From Thalia democratica (taxonomy: Eukaryota), in assembly GCA_965202585.1 (NCBI GenBank), contig OZ241829.1, positions 31,062,001 to 31,126,000 on the forward strand: a stretch of DNA of 64,000 bases, in the 5' to 3' direction. The translations under genes and the position numbers were made by a program. Positions within the stretch are counted from its first letter, which is position 1. The number at the start of each line of letters is the position of its first letter. Of this stretch, positions 1 to 15,100 are shown piece after piece. The notes under the pieces were generated by a model. That model was not told where the DNA came from and did not search any database. It saw only the letters and a program-made list of their open reading frames with translations.

Positions 1-136
1 TTTTTTTTCAAACTTTAAATACAACTTAAGATCTCGAAAAAAGTGTGAAGCATTGTTTTGAAACAAATGTCTCTGAAATAAAACAACGGTGCTAGTTTTT
101 ACGACTAAAGTCACTAAAAATTGATAAAATATTCAC

Positions 137-3100
137 CTGCAAGTCGATCCAGTATATGTTTTCTCCGAACACTGTCAGATCCAGCACCTGCTGGCTGTTT
201 CGCAGCAAAGTGCTCCTGTCGCTTCCGTCCGTGCGGCTCGACTCCACAGCGTTCCTGGTGGCCCAGTAAACCCTTCAGAACAAGCGTTTGGAGTTTGAGT
301 GTAAGTTTTTAAATGATTGGTTTATTGTTAATAACACGTTTTAATTTGTTGTAGTTAAACTACGTTACTGCTTTGAACAAATGTTGGCATTTAAATTCGT
401 AAGTTATACAACTAAGACGTTACCTCTTTTATAAATGCATGGTTGTCTTAAACAACAAATAGAAAGTATATTATTTTACAACCCTTGAACAAATATTTGA
501 AGCTTGAGTGTAAACTTCCTGGTTGATTCTAAACAGCAAGTTTTATTTGATTTTAAGTAAACTATGTTACTGTTGCTTGCGTTTTAATTTTGATTTGTAA
601 GTCATACAGATGATATTTAATCAATTATGATTATAGATGGTTGTTTCAAATAATGAACAGAAGGTAAACTTTTGTCTATTAAACAAAAAAACAAGCTAAA
701 GATTTTTTTAAAATATTAAGACTGTTTACAAACTTATACTAAAACATGTTATTTACAAAACTTTGTCAAGTTTCAAATTTAAATTTTTTTAACTATAAAG
801 TTTCAACTTTAGTTATTTTAGACAAAAAACGTACTTGTTGCTAAAAAACTGACGATTTGTGGTTTTACGTAAAGCTACAATTGAAAATTAAGTAACTAGA
901 AAGAAAATTGTGAATTATTATATTGTTGATGAAAAATTGAGTTTTTTTACTCAAATACTTTACATGACTCTATGTTTGTTATTACTTTCTTTAGAGTAAA
1001 ACAACCTTATACTAACTATAAAAGCCTGAATAAAAAATATCTTTTTAACCTTGTGTACTTTCATTATTATAAACTCAACATTGTATCATATGCAACATGT
1101 AGCTAACTTTTAACTTCCAAAGTTTTAGAATATTCTTACAAAAAGTTTTATATAAAAACAACTGATTGTTCTTTAAAATCAAACAGTTTTTATTTTGGAT
1201 ATCTAAATTGAAAATACCTTTTTATTTTCAAATTTTCTAAAGAAAAACTTAAACGTATCAAGTATAGGCACAAGTACGTTCAGTGACTCACATAAGAACG
1301 AATAAAGTTGTGACAGATTTCATCTTACAAAAACAAAAATGTTTCACTTATCAATAAATTCAATCTGATCTAAAAAGCCCGTTGCTTAGATTTTAAATAA
1401 GTCAGGTCTTTCAAAATTTTCGCAATCTTTTTTTAAATCCAGATAAATATTGGTAACAGTCTTGTTCACTTTATAATCAAAACATTTTCTTTTTAAATTA
1501 CTTAATGAGTACTATTTTTAAAAGTATTAGTTTATGTTACTTTACACTGACTTAAAATATTTAAGTTAATATTGAAACATAAGAAAAATTAATATTCAAT
1601 TTATCAGAAAAACTGGAACTTAGTTCTTTTTAAACTCTAGATAATAAAAAACAAACTACTAATAAACCTTTTAAAAGGTTATTTATTCCAATAAAACATT
1701 AAAATACTACGAAATGATACTAATGTACTGGATACTACAATAACAAAAAAAAAATTCTTTGACATACCTAAAAAAACAACATTTTCAACTTGCCTTGCAA
1801 CTCATATGCCTAATCACTAAAGCAAAATATTTAAAAAGTTAAAAAACCTGTTATCTTGTACGTCGACGGTGAGGGCTGTGAAGTTGTACTGGTAACCAAT
1901 CACAAAGTTGGAAATGTCCAACCCGTCCAATGAGGACCTGAGAATTCTGTGCTTGCATCTGACCTGCTCGTCGGTGCAAACTGACGTGAAGTATATGAAG
2001 CTGTAAACAAAATTTTGAAACTCAAAAGGTTTTTAATACGTGAAGGTTATACTGATTGCACTTAATTTCCACTTCAACTGTTTACTCTATTTACTAACAG
2101 AATACTATCATTTGGAAGTCGCAATTTTACAAAAATCACTTTAAACAACAAAATTTCCGTGTGCTTTTGAAGAATAAGAATACTCAACGATGTTCTTTTT
2201 AAACAATCATATGTATAAATCATAACTTATAAGAATTGTAAGCTAAATCAAATACAAGATTATAATTACTACTTCTATGATACATATATATATGTGGTCA
2301 AACCAAGTCACACAAGTGATTTGCACTTAATTGTTCAACTTGCGTCGAGCGAACGCACTTACCCTTCTCTGGGGTGAACGCTGATCAATCTGGGTTTCAA
2401 CGCGAGCACTGTGCCATCGGCTGTTTCCTGGCTCCCGCTCAGTATCCTGCCGACTTCGACCCCGTCGAACGTCAGCGCCACGATCTGCGTCGAGTTAAAA
2501 AATCATTGCAAGTAAGCTCATTAGGATTTGGTCTTTGCTTTTAAAAACAGTAAAAACCACTGAACAAAAACTTCGATGCAAAGTTACGAAGGTTTCAAAA
2601 AAAAAAAAAAACTTACACTGACAAATTGGTGTCTTATACTTTGTGTGTAGTTTTCAGCTACCTATTATGCTTACTTTCACTTATCAAACTATTTTAATAT
2701 CTTTAACAGTTAGATAAAAAAAAGCGCAGGCTACTTTACTTGAATTTTCAACGTCTTAAAAACGTCAGTTTTATATATACAACAAACTATATTAACACAA
2801 ATTTTGTATTATGCTTTTACAAAAAACTCAGTGCTTAACAAACACAAACTAACATGAGAACAATCTCATTAAACACAAAACTTTCAATGCAACTAACCGA
2901 ATCGGTTTTGACGTCGGAGAAATAAATGTGTTTTGCGTGAACATCCAATGCCAGATACCTTGGTTCGTACTTTGAGTAAGCAGGCAAAAGAACTCTTACC
3001 TGCGTGTGTGAAGAAGTAAATTCTTAGTTTAATTAACTTGGTGGCAAAGTCGAAAAATAATGATAGAGATTTGTGAATGAAACTAAGTAGTTATAATTTT

Positions 3101-6100
3101 TTTTTTCAGTTAAAAGTTTGTTGGCTAATTAAAATGTTTTTATAAATTTATTGTAACATTACTAAAACGCCTTGAACTTTATAAAAATGGTTATACCCTA
3201 CGTTACATTATCAAGTAAGAAATCTACAATATTTTTTTTAATATCTAAAGCAGGGTTTCCCAAAGTGGGCGATATCGCCCCCCTGGGGGCGATTTTAGTA
3301 TTTTGGGGGGCGATAATTAGTAAGGGGGCGAAAGGGTGGGCGATAACTAGTAAGGGGGCGAAAAGGGGGCGATTTTAAAATTTTGGGTTGTCATAAAATT
3401 TTTACTTTTTATTTTGCTATTTTACTAAATTTAGCTTGCTATTAAATATTTGACCCTGTGGTAAAACTTAAACAAAAAAGTTTTTTGTGTTTATGTAAAA
3501 TATAGAGAAAAAATCAAGTACTTATGACTGCTACTTTAAAGTTAATTACATATTTTCAATTATATATTTTCTTATTTAACACTTAAATAGATCATAGACG
3601 GTCGGAATTCTTTTCACTACTTTTTAACCTTACATATATGTAGTTTAGGATCATAAATGGTTTGTAAAAATCTATGTTTTCAATATTAACTATCACATCA
3701 CCTCATGATATTTCCAATTGTTTTTTGAAAAGTCATTAAGTTAGACTAAGAAATAAAACTATACAGGGTTGCCAATTTACCTAGAAAAACCTTAAATTTG
3801 ACAATTTAGGCAAAAAAAAATTTTTTATCTGGAATTTTTAACAATTTCAACATATTAAGTAGTAAAATTTCGATTTGACACAAAAAAGCTATCATATAGA
3901 TAAAAATATGGATCCTTCGTTGCAGATCTGTTTGAAGTAAACGTCTCACAGGAAACCTTCTTCGACTTACAAACTGACCTTGAACTTAAAGTAATTTTTT
4001 CCAAAGAACGAAATGAAAGCTTTTGGACTCAACAAAAACTAAGGCAAAAGTATCCATTTATTTGAAAGGAATTTAGATTGTTGTGTATAGTTTTTCCTTC
4101 TAGCTATGTTGTTGAGAAAGCTTTTAGTTTAGTTATAAACATCTTGAGCAAAACATCTAATCTAGATATTTGTAAAGGAGGTGACTTGAGGCTTTACGTG
4201 ATTGATTTAGCAAATTAGAAAAACTTGTATGCATTTATGAACCTCATCCTTTGCATTATATTAAAAGTCAGTAGCAGACATTATTTTATGAAAGTTTTTT
4301 TTTATTTATTTGATCTTTTAAAATACTTCTTGTTTAACCTGGTTTGTATTGTATTTAAGTAGTCTTTTAATACTAAAAATTTATTTTTAAGCTATTTATT
4401 CTATAATAGATTTGCATAATGCCTAAAAATATTATTTACGGTAGACTTCCTCTTGAGTTCGCACTTTTTACCCAAAAAAAGTGCAAACTTATACTTTCTT
4501 AAATTTAACTTAAATAAAGTCTATTACTAACTAAGTATTAATAAAACAAAAAATACACAATATTTAATAGCTTATATAGGTCTTTTTTTTTATGAATGTT
4601 TGTTTTATGTTTTAGTTAATTTCATGTTTATTTATAACATTTTTGCATATAACATATTTAAATTTATAATTTTGTAAAAAATATGGTAATAATTTTTGAG
4701 TTTAAACTTTTTTATTTTGTTCAAAGTACGAATTGAAGAGGAAGTCTACTGTATTTATAAAATGTTTTATGTTTTAAATATGTTAATAGCTTTGTTTTGA
4801 CCTGGCTAATTTTGTAGTTTATATTTGTCGATTTATATTACACTAAATGTTTTTATAGCATAGTGATTAAAGTATTTGTTTGAAAGAAATTTATTTAACA
4901 TATTTTTGTTATTACTTGTTTAATCTGTATAAATAAAAAAATCTTGATAACCATTAATTTTTTTATTTCAAAAATTATTTTTGGTTTCAAAAGAGTATAG
5001 ATTTTATGTCTCTATTTGAAATGATTTCAAATTTTTTATTTAAAAGATTATTAAACTTAAATTTATTTTCTAACTTGATTTATTACTGTTAGAAAATCTA
5101 TATATTAAATAATTTTAAACTTTTAATACAACTTTTTTTTTGTTTAATCTTATTTTTTAATATATTAGCAATTAGAATATGTTGTTAATTTTAATAGTTC
5201 AACACTAGCTTTTAGTTTTTCACTATTTTTTTCTGGTAAAATATTATAGGCTAATAACTAGAGAAAAATAAAACTAAACAGTTTTAAATAAGCAATCAAA
5301 AAGACTGCTACAGTTACAAAAGATGTTTTAAGACAATTAAAAGAATTTTTTAATTGATTACTTTTTGTTCACAGGAAAGAATTATCTGTAAAACATTTGA
5401 TATTTTTGAATTTAAATGAAGAAAAAAAATATTAAAATTAAGGTTTAGTTTCCTAAAGGTTATTTTAAGTCAAATACTACTAAATGGTATTCTACTAGAA
5501 AACATATAGTTTAAAAAGTTTAGAATTAAAATTTTAATTTTACAACTAAATTGCTTATAACATATCTCAGCATTGAAATTAATGAATTTACTGCATTAAA
5601 AGACGCTATTGATAACCCAACTTTTCATGTGAGATAATCAACCAGTCGGTCAAAGTTCCTAAAACTGGATCAGCAATAATGTTTTAATATCTATATCATT
5701 ATGTTTAAAAAAATCTGTTCATTTTTTTATAGTTTTTTAATCTCTGGTATCTAATTTTAGAATATGCCTATTTTTAAAATAATTTAAGTATTTTGTGCGG
5801 CTTAAATAAGTTACTTAGTATTCACTCTAAATGTCCGAAATTCGTTAAATGAGAGTTAGTTATAATGTCAGGTTTCAGTTAAGATTTCAGATGGGTAACT
5901 TACGGTCCAGATCTAATAAAATTTCGACCCGCCAAGTAACTCGAAACTACTTGTGCAAAATAAACAAAATTTAGTTTTCTGATGCTTATGATTTAAAATA
6001 CCTTTTCAATTCGGTTTTCAGTTACTTTAGTAATTCCGAGATTACAATATTAGTAAATCATTTTATTAAAACTATGCTCGAGTTTTTTAGTTTTCTATAT

Positions 6101-9100
6101 GTTATTTTATTAAATTATGCAGCCCGCAATTACATTTTTTTAACAAGTTGAAACAAGAAAATATTTTTTAGTAAATATGAATTGCTGACTACAAAAGTTG
6201 TCCACCACTACCCTAAAAGTTTCATTAGATTCAGAACAATTCATATTTAAACAGGATTGATTACTGATTACATAAGGCTTTTTAATATTTAAGTATTTTA
6301 ATACATTTTAGTGGGCTTATAAGAAAACAACAGTACCTTATTTTCTCAAGCCCTGTAAAATACTTTGAACACAGCCCAAAAGTGCGTGTATAAGAAATAC
6401 CAAACTAAATTACACTACGAACACAATTTTTTGGCTCAAAAGTTTGTACTTAAGTGAAAAACTACTTTTTAAAATCGTGGGGGGCGATTATTTTTCAATT
6501 TTCTGAAAAGGGGGCGATTTAGTAAATGAGTTTGGGAAACCCTGATCTAAAGTATCAAGATAACTTGGATTAAAATTGTCAAGTATTAAAAAAGTTATAT
6601 TTTTCTAAAAGTATTAAAAATGTCTTTTTAACTTTAAAAATGAGCAATCAAAGTGACTAACGTCGGTGCCATTGCTGTTGGCGCTCACTATCTGGTTTTT
6701 TTCGCAGTCGATCCAATATATTTTCATGCCAATATCGTCATGCTGAATCGAGCAGGCATCCTGTTACGAATTCGAGTTTGTTTTCATAACTCAGTTACTT
6801 ATTTATATTAAAGTCACTTTAGTACAAACAAACTTAACAATTGCGCAGACAGTAACACAATATTCGCACAAAAACAAATTCACACACTTCTCAATGTTTC
6901 TGATAAATTTAAGTTTTATAAAGTTCATACGACTTTGTTTTCAGGAAAAGCTAATAAGCACGACTTTACGGTTTTTCGTTCGATTGGCTTTACTTAAACT
7001 TTTGTGTAACCAAACTCTATGTGAGTATTCACAATAATAGGTTCTCACGTATAAGTGCTTTAAACAAAGGATAATTCGATGAGTTGCATAAAGTGTGGAA
7101 AAATTTTGACTGTGAATAAAAAATTCCATATAAATATAGTCATGTGATGATATTAAGTTTCGATGAATTCGATAACATTCATACGTAGATTGTGCAGTAT
7201 TTTTAGTTTTTTTAAACATTAAAAGGTTTGAAATATAAATATCTATAACCTAAAACAAATAAACAATTTATTTAAATTGAAAGATGGTTTTATTTTATTA
7301 CATTTTTGAATAAAATTTGTTCAAATATTTAAAACTAAGTTTGAACTCAAGTATTATATTTAAAATGTATAAATTACAGGTCGAAAATCTAAACAAAACA
7401 CTCGTTTTCTATTGAATTTTAGCACTTTTAATGATATATATTAAAATTGTGTTGTTTCTGATGTATAATAAATACGCAAAAACTTGATTTTGTGTAACTT
7501 TTGCAAATAAAAAATCATCTTGCATTTTTAATTTTTCATAAAACTTATAAATTTAAGTGACGTCTTAACTCATACATTTATCTTTTACAAATATATCACT
7601 TTTGCAATAAGTTTCTACAACTTTACAGCGTGGAAAAGTAAAAAAAAAAACTTTGTACATTAATAGAATTTCAGTTGCAACTCAGTTTTATAACATTATT
7701 CTCACTAAAGATAAATTAAAAAGAGAAAAAAAACAACTTTAAAAAAAAATTGAAACTTAAATAAACTTATCAATCAAATCAAACTGTTACAAACTCAAAG
7801 TTAGCAAAACAGACTGTTGATATCTAAAAACTTTTACAATTTTTTTTTTAAATATTAAACAAGTCTTCATATTCACCTTGACACTGTGCAGGGGTAGCAC
7901 AGCGTCCAAACTGGGCACCAACGTGTCCTTGCTGTTCTTCTCTGGCAATATGCTCTTGTCGCTTCTCCTGTCACCCGGAGTTTTGTCGCCCGGAGATTTG
8001 TCGTCTTTCTCGAACATGAGCCGGGTGAAGTGGTTGATCTGGCTCACAACCAGGAAGTTTCTCGGTTCTGAATTGTTGTCATATTTTTTCAGAAATTTAG
8101 CATCCTTTCACTTTTTAGTATAAATTCATTTTTATAATTTCCAAAGTTATCAAACATGAACTATACATTAAAAAGTACGTTCAGTCAAGATAAATTTTAA
8201 CGTTTTACATTATGAACCTAAACAAATAAGATACAAGATACATCAGGGTTCTGAAAAGCTGGCTGTATCACCCCCTTTTTTTAATTTAGCTATCAGAAGG
8301 CTATAAATAATAATGTACATCAGCTAACAATAAAAAAGTTGTTTTTCAAAAAACAAATGTTTTAAATTCTACGAACCAGTGCAAGTTATGTTGTCCCTGT
8401 TCAGCGTGTAGTGCTGCGGACACTCGCACTTGTGGGAAATTCCCGAAGTCGAGGGCAGGTTGAAGCAGAAATGCTGGCATCCGCCGTTGTCGTGGTCGCA
8501 GGGGCTGCCCGCTGGGTGGTGCTGCCGAGTGCCATGGAAAATTATCAGGTCCTCCAAATCGATGTCCCTCTTGACGACTAAGGGTCTGTTGGAATTATTT
8601 GGTTTTAAAACTTTGTAGAAAAGTTTAAAGAAGTATTTTAAAAAATCATTGTAGCTGCACAGTTTAATTAATATCTATTTATTTATTAAAAGTACACATA
8701 TACTTATAGACGTTTTAGTTATAATAAAATTTTAGAACTTAATTCTCGAAGTAGTTCTTTTTAAGAACAATGAAGTATCTCACATTTTATTATTTTTTTG
8801 TATCAATTTATATAACAAAAAGTAAATAATTTTTTACCGGAAATTCTTGCCATTCATATTTTGTTTATAATATCTACAACTTGTTTTGAAAATAAACATT
8901 TGGGTGTCATGTGAAAAATAAAAATAAACAACATATCTTATTTATAGCTTAAAATTTTATCACGTAGCTCAAATTAATATTTAACCGAGACAAAAAGATT
9001 ATATTTAGCACAAAAGTTTAAATGTTATGTGTAATAAAACCTAAACTTTACACATAAAACATATTCTCAAGCTAAAAAATAAGTAGGCAAATTCAAATAT

Positions 9101-12100
9101 GTCTTTTGTACCATGTCGCAAGTAATTAAGCATAAAATTAAAACGTGCAAAGCTGTTTTGAAACTTGTAACTTTCAACTTACGTTTAAACACTGATCAAT
9201 ACTTTTAAGTACATGGTAGTGCTTCATAATAAAGTTGTTTGAACTTATGTATACAGTCTTATTAGCATAACAATTTAAACTATTTTTCTAATTAATAAAG
9301 TTTATATTAATTTATGTGTGTTGAAAAAATGTTATGTTCTATTAATAAATAAAATACATTCTTAATACTTTTTTTTTTAATACAAGACGAATATAATTTT
9401 GTTTTTGATTAATGGGAGTTAAGATAATTGAGTCTGAAGTGCTTTAGATTATTTTTTATATCTACATTTTTCGAACACCAAGTAAAACATTTTAAATCTT
9501 ACGAACTTCTACCTATGAATTGCTTATAGAAAAATAATTTATAAACAAAAATAATAAGTTATAGCAAAAAGCACTAGTTAAGTAGTTCACCAAACTTTAA
9601 AGCCTACAAAATGTCGTTATTTAGTTTGATTTTTTTTATACACAGTATACACTGTACTTTTGAAATGCATAAGTCGCGATTGAGTTTATAAACACTGAGA
9701 ATTATAAGATCAACGCAACAATTAAACATCCATCCGATTGAACGTCTAAAAGAAACAGTTTGATTACAAGAAGCTCAATATTTACATTCCACGCAGGAAC
9801 AAATGTCAACTAGTACCAACTTGGTGCTGTTGTTTTTGCTCAGCGGCTGCTTCTCAATGGTGTGCTTGTTCATGTTGAACCAGTACACGTGCGAGTCGTG
9901 GAGCGCCACCGAGAACACGTCGTTCGTGTGCGACCCCCTCACCACTATCCGCATGTGGGTGCCTGCAGAACTTACATGTTAACACTTGTTAAAATGAAAA
10001 TGTAATTCACATAGAGAAGTGTATTAGATTCTAATAAATAAAGTACTTTTTCAAATTGTTGTTGCTATGTTCAAATGGACTTGCTCCGTTGTTTATATTA
10101 AACAACAGAAATTATTAACAATTGATACGTTTAAACACCTTCATTTTAGTACACCAAACTACATTGAATTTTTAGTAATGTTTGAAAACCTTTGTTAAAA
10201 AACACTTATGCTTCTTAGATATAAAAATAAAAAAGTTAAGCAGAAAAGAAACAACCTTGGTTGGTGCAACTCATCACCATGTTGGACTCGAAGTCCACCC
10301 AGTAGATCCGCCCGTCGTTGTAGTCCACCGTGAGCGAGTTGGCCCGCCCGACCAGCGTGGACGTGGACAGGTGGCCGACGTCTCCGCCGTCCAGCCTCGC
10401 CCGCATTATGGACGGGTTGCTGCTCCATTGCGACCAGAATATGTACCTGGAGTGTTTACGTGTTAAAAATATGAGCAAACACTTCCTTGCACGTGCTTCA
10501 GACTTGATGACTTATGCATTGCTCAGGGTGATGTTTATTTTATCGCGTTACATATGCGAACAACTTGGCACTATGGTATGCAAGTTCGAGTTTCATAATG
10601 CACTGTGCTTTTGAAAAATTTTACTGCTTTTTTGACACGTTTTTATAAAGTATGCAGTGACTTATTTAGTGGATTTATAAACAGTTTTTAATTTATTCAA
10701 ACTAAAGTAGTAATTGAGGGTAGCATATATTATGCCGTTCAAGTTGTATTAGTTTGCAAAAAAGTGTTTCAAAATGTTTGTGTTTTTTTAATACAAGACA
10801 CTTGTAAGAGTAATGATTAAGCTATTTAAACAACTAATGAAAGCTTTACCGATTAATATTTCTGTATGTCGTATAAAAACATATACTACACTATAAAAAA
10901 GTAAATATAATGACAAATCAACGTTGAAACTTTAATTTTATAAAAACTTGAACACTTAAGTTTGCATAAACAGTTGTTTAATTATAACATTTATGTGATA
11001 GTGTACTAAACACGATTGATTATAAAATTTACAAGCAAACATAAGTAGAATTTAAATGCGAATCTTAAAACCGGATTCTATCTAACTATTGATTGTTGCC
11101 AAACTGATGCGTTGCATTATTAGCTGATCATTATTCTTTGTTGTTTATAATTAATAGAACTTGAGTGATAGCTTATTTCTATTGCATGAACTTGCACAAG
11201 AATTTATGTAACAGTTTATAACTATCAGTAGATTAAAGTTTTATTATTTTACAAAAACTGACGCGTTTTAATGGAGAAGAAAAATTGACATGTTAAAAGT
11301 TTACATTTTTAAAAAACTATTTAATATTTTTCAAACCCTCTTATCGGGTCGACGGCCAGACACCTCGGACTCTCCACTCCGGACCACACCACTGCCCTCC
11401 GGACAAACGTGTCAATTTTCGCCACCTCAATCCTGTTTGTCCTACCGTCCGCCCAGTACACCTGGAACATTTATTTTGATGGTACATATTGACAGTTTTT
11501 GCAATATTAATTTTTTAATTTATTAAAATGTGTTTTTATTTCATCAGAAAGTTTATATACTATCAAAATAAAATTTTTGATTTTTTAAATATAAAAAGTA
11601 AAACTTTCACAAATCTAACTATATGCTTCAAAAGTGTAGTAAATTTTCAGGTTATATTTTGTATAGTAGAAGAAGTATAAAATAAAAAACGAGTCAACAA
11701 AAATGCATGAAGTTTTAAATTAACTTAATAACATTTAAAAGAATACATTAATGTGCTCTTACAATTATTTACAATACATATACATATATATAATATTAGT
11801 ATATAAGATCAAGCTTCAGTTTTTGTTAAAACTTCAAACCTGTCTGCCGATCCAGTCGACGGCAAGCCCTTCCAACACGCCGATTCCAACTTGGACCAGG
11901 ACTTGCTGGTCCCCGGTCCACATGTGCGACCCGTATATCGCCTACACCACAATATTCAATTGTTTATTACGTTTTACTAATGGAAACTTGAAGAAATAAC
12001 AGCTTAATTTAATGGCTTGATTTTTTTTTCAAAAACTAATTTGTAAGATTTTGTCATTTTCAAGTCACAGCGACAGCGAAATATTCAACACAAAAACAAA

Positions 12101-15100
12101 TCACAAGCAAATGTTGTCCAACCTTGTGGTGGGCGTGCGTCCAGTAAACGGTCCTGTCCCTGACGTGGAAGTCGAGTTGCGATGCGGACATCCACTTGGA
12201 ATTGTTGAAGGGGAACCGCGTCCCGTGCGTGTCCAATGAGAAACCGTCGATGCCCACCACGAAATTCCCTGTTGAAATTGATAAAAGTTTTAATTTACAT
12301 TTTTTTATTTGAAGTTTATCTGAAAAAGAAAATAACTTTAAAGTATTGTTTTAAGTGCAAAAACAACTTTGCCAATTTTTTGTAACACGAATCTTTTGAC
12401 TAATCATTTAATTAATTTTCTGAAACATGTTTAGAAACTTTTTTGTTGAAAACTTCAAAAGGGTTTCCTTCGAAAATTCATATTAAGTCAATCATTAAGC
12501 TCAAACTAATGTTTGAACTTGATTGTAACATAATCTGTCTGGAAAATTGCTGTCTAAAACATAATCTTGCGAGATTATGTTTTTTGTTTCCGAGAAATTT
12601 GCATTTAGCAGTGGTATTTTGGCAACTGCAATAAAACTAAACTTTATTGTGTCACTAAACTTATTTTTTATATATTTTATATTTCAACTACAATTCTGAC
12701 CTATAAAAATTATTACGATTTAACCGCAAGAAAGACATTCGTGCAAAAAAACAAGGAAATAAAAGTTTTTATTTTCGTAAATGCATCACATAACTTGAAT
12801 ATTTTGCTAGATAGATTATAAATGCTGTTTAACATTTAAACTATTTAACTTTTGACAAGCTACAGGCTTTAGATTATAACCAATTTTACGTAGCATTAAC
12901 AAGCTGTTAAACTTTAATTCTCGTAAAAATACTTTTATATTTCTCATGTTTAAGATTAAACGTCTTACTTTGCATACTTTGTTTTTCAATCAACCTTTTA
13001 CATAAATATTTTTTTTATAGCTACACAATTTTATGTTTATTACCTTTAATTAAGCTCATTTTTTCCTTCGATATTTTTTTAAGTAAAACTATAAAAAAAT
13101 TCAGTCGATTTTCCACCAAACAGTGCTGAGTTTACACAATTATTGAGCATGTTTTTTTAAAACAATCAGTATAACAATCACAAAAGTACAATTAAACTTT
13201 TATACAAAAATGTCGCACCTCCGTTGTCCTTGTCCTCCTTGTCGTTGTACCTGGCGGGCAAGTTGAACTTGGACGCCGACTGCTTGGGAATGGTGTAGAA
13301 CATGAAGGCTTCCGGCTGTATGCACGACTTCTTGTCCGAGGACAGCTCCAGCCCGTCCGGGCAGCCGCACACTGTTTGCTGTGTGAGAAAAATAAAATTA
13401 ACTTGGTATTGTGGTAATTCAATTCGCAAGTTAAACTTGGGCAAAACAGTAAACAAGTTGATTTGTACGTTTACTCAAACAGCTTTGCACTGTTACCGAA
13501 TAGCTGAACAAATGCTATCTTTTATTGAACTGAACATTTATAGATCTTGATGAAAAAGTTTCAAAGTGAATCATTTAAAATATTTCCATCTATTTTAACT
13601 TTATTTTCTTAGTAAGACTAACAATTTATTGAGTTATACTTTCCAAAATCAGAGTTTCAATCACTACACAAAAGCCTTTTTCTTTTCTTTTTTATTTCAG
13701 AACGCATTTTTTATACAACCGATTTAACAAGCTTTATTTTAAAATGCCAACTCCTAAACAAAACAATTTTCAACCGACCAGCACGTTGTAGAAGCAGAGG
13801 TGGGAGCACCCGCTGTTGTTGTGGCTGCACACCTGCTGCGTGGCAACTCCCGCGTACTCCATCAGGGTGGCGTGGATTCCCGATATTTCCTGCAGGTTGG
13901 AGGCGACCACCTCCTTTCGAGCCCTCAACTCGTCGGTTTTTCCGACGGTCGGCATCCTCTCGATTATCCAGCGGTGCGTGTCCGTCCAGTACAAATATCC
14001 GGACAGGTAGCTGTTGTGTATAAATGAAAATAAATTCACACTTTTTATTGAGAAAAAGAAAATCAACGGGTAAAAGTTTTTGGTTATTTAGATTTTATGA
14101 AGCTTTAAAAATCCGGCAACAGTTGTGAAGGTAGATCATGTTTTTAATACTGTCTTATAAACTGTAAAAACTATAAAAACTGTCATCATCTGAGTTTAGA
14201 ATGTGAACGTTGACGTTTGATTTTAACCTATTAAATGTTATACGTGTAATAACTTATATTAGCTATTAAAAGTTTTACATTTATATATGTATATGTAAAA
14301 ATAAATAAATATAACTTCGTTGCTTGTGCAACTTTTCAAAGCAGCATCAAAAACAAATAAAAATAAAACTCGAGATTCATCGCTTTCATTAAGCCTTATT
14401 AAAACTACCTGATATCACCGATTGCAGCGGAAGGATTTTTGCTCAACAGCTTCACTCTGCCCGTTCCGTCGTAGTTGATGACGTTGATGGTCAGATCGTA
14501 AACGTCCACCCAGAACAACCTTCTACCGGCCGTGTCTATTGCTATGCCTGGCGAATTTACTAAAATAAAATCGATTTTTAGCAGAGTTAAGTTTATTTTT
14601 TCAACTAGTAAAAGTTTTCCTAAGTTTCAAAAAGATATTTCTTCTGTATTAATTAATTATATATAAACTTACTAATTCATACCGTTTTTTCGTTTTTTTA
14701 TATTATTATTCTACGTTATAAAACACTTCAACAGTCTTATTTATCTTTGCATGCATATTTTTTTTTTTCAGTAAAAAGTTTTATTTAATCCAAAAATTAA
14801 ATGAAACAAAAGATAGTGTAAAATTTCATAGAATTTTACCTTTGTAACTTAATAAGACATTTCTAAACAAACATTATTAAATTTTACTTTTAAAAAACAC
14901 TAAAAACAATATTAGAACTATATAATGTCATTCAAAATTGGTAATGCAGATTAGTACAAAACGAATTATATTCCAATCAAGACTTCGACTGATTCTTAGC
15001 TTAAATACCATAACACAAAGAGCGCTTTAAAAATACCGAACAAAACTGATTTTTTACCACACTGTGGTAAACTATCTCATACAAAAAACTTTTATATCAT

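Noticed and set aside
3265-3378. GGGGCGA repeat cluster as a CRISPR-like or coding repeat (also at 28295-28380)
   Set aside because: Short, irregularly spaced motifs directly inside hAT TIRs. These are subterminal repeats with no repeat-spacer periodicity.
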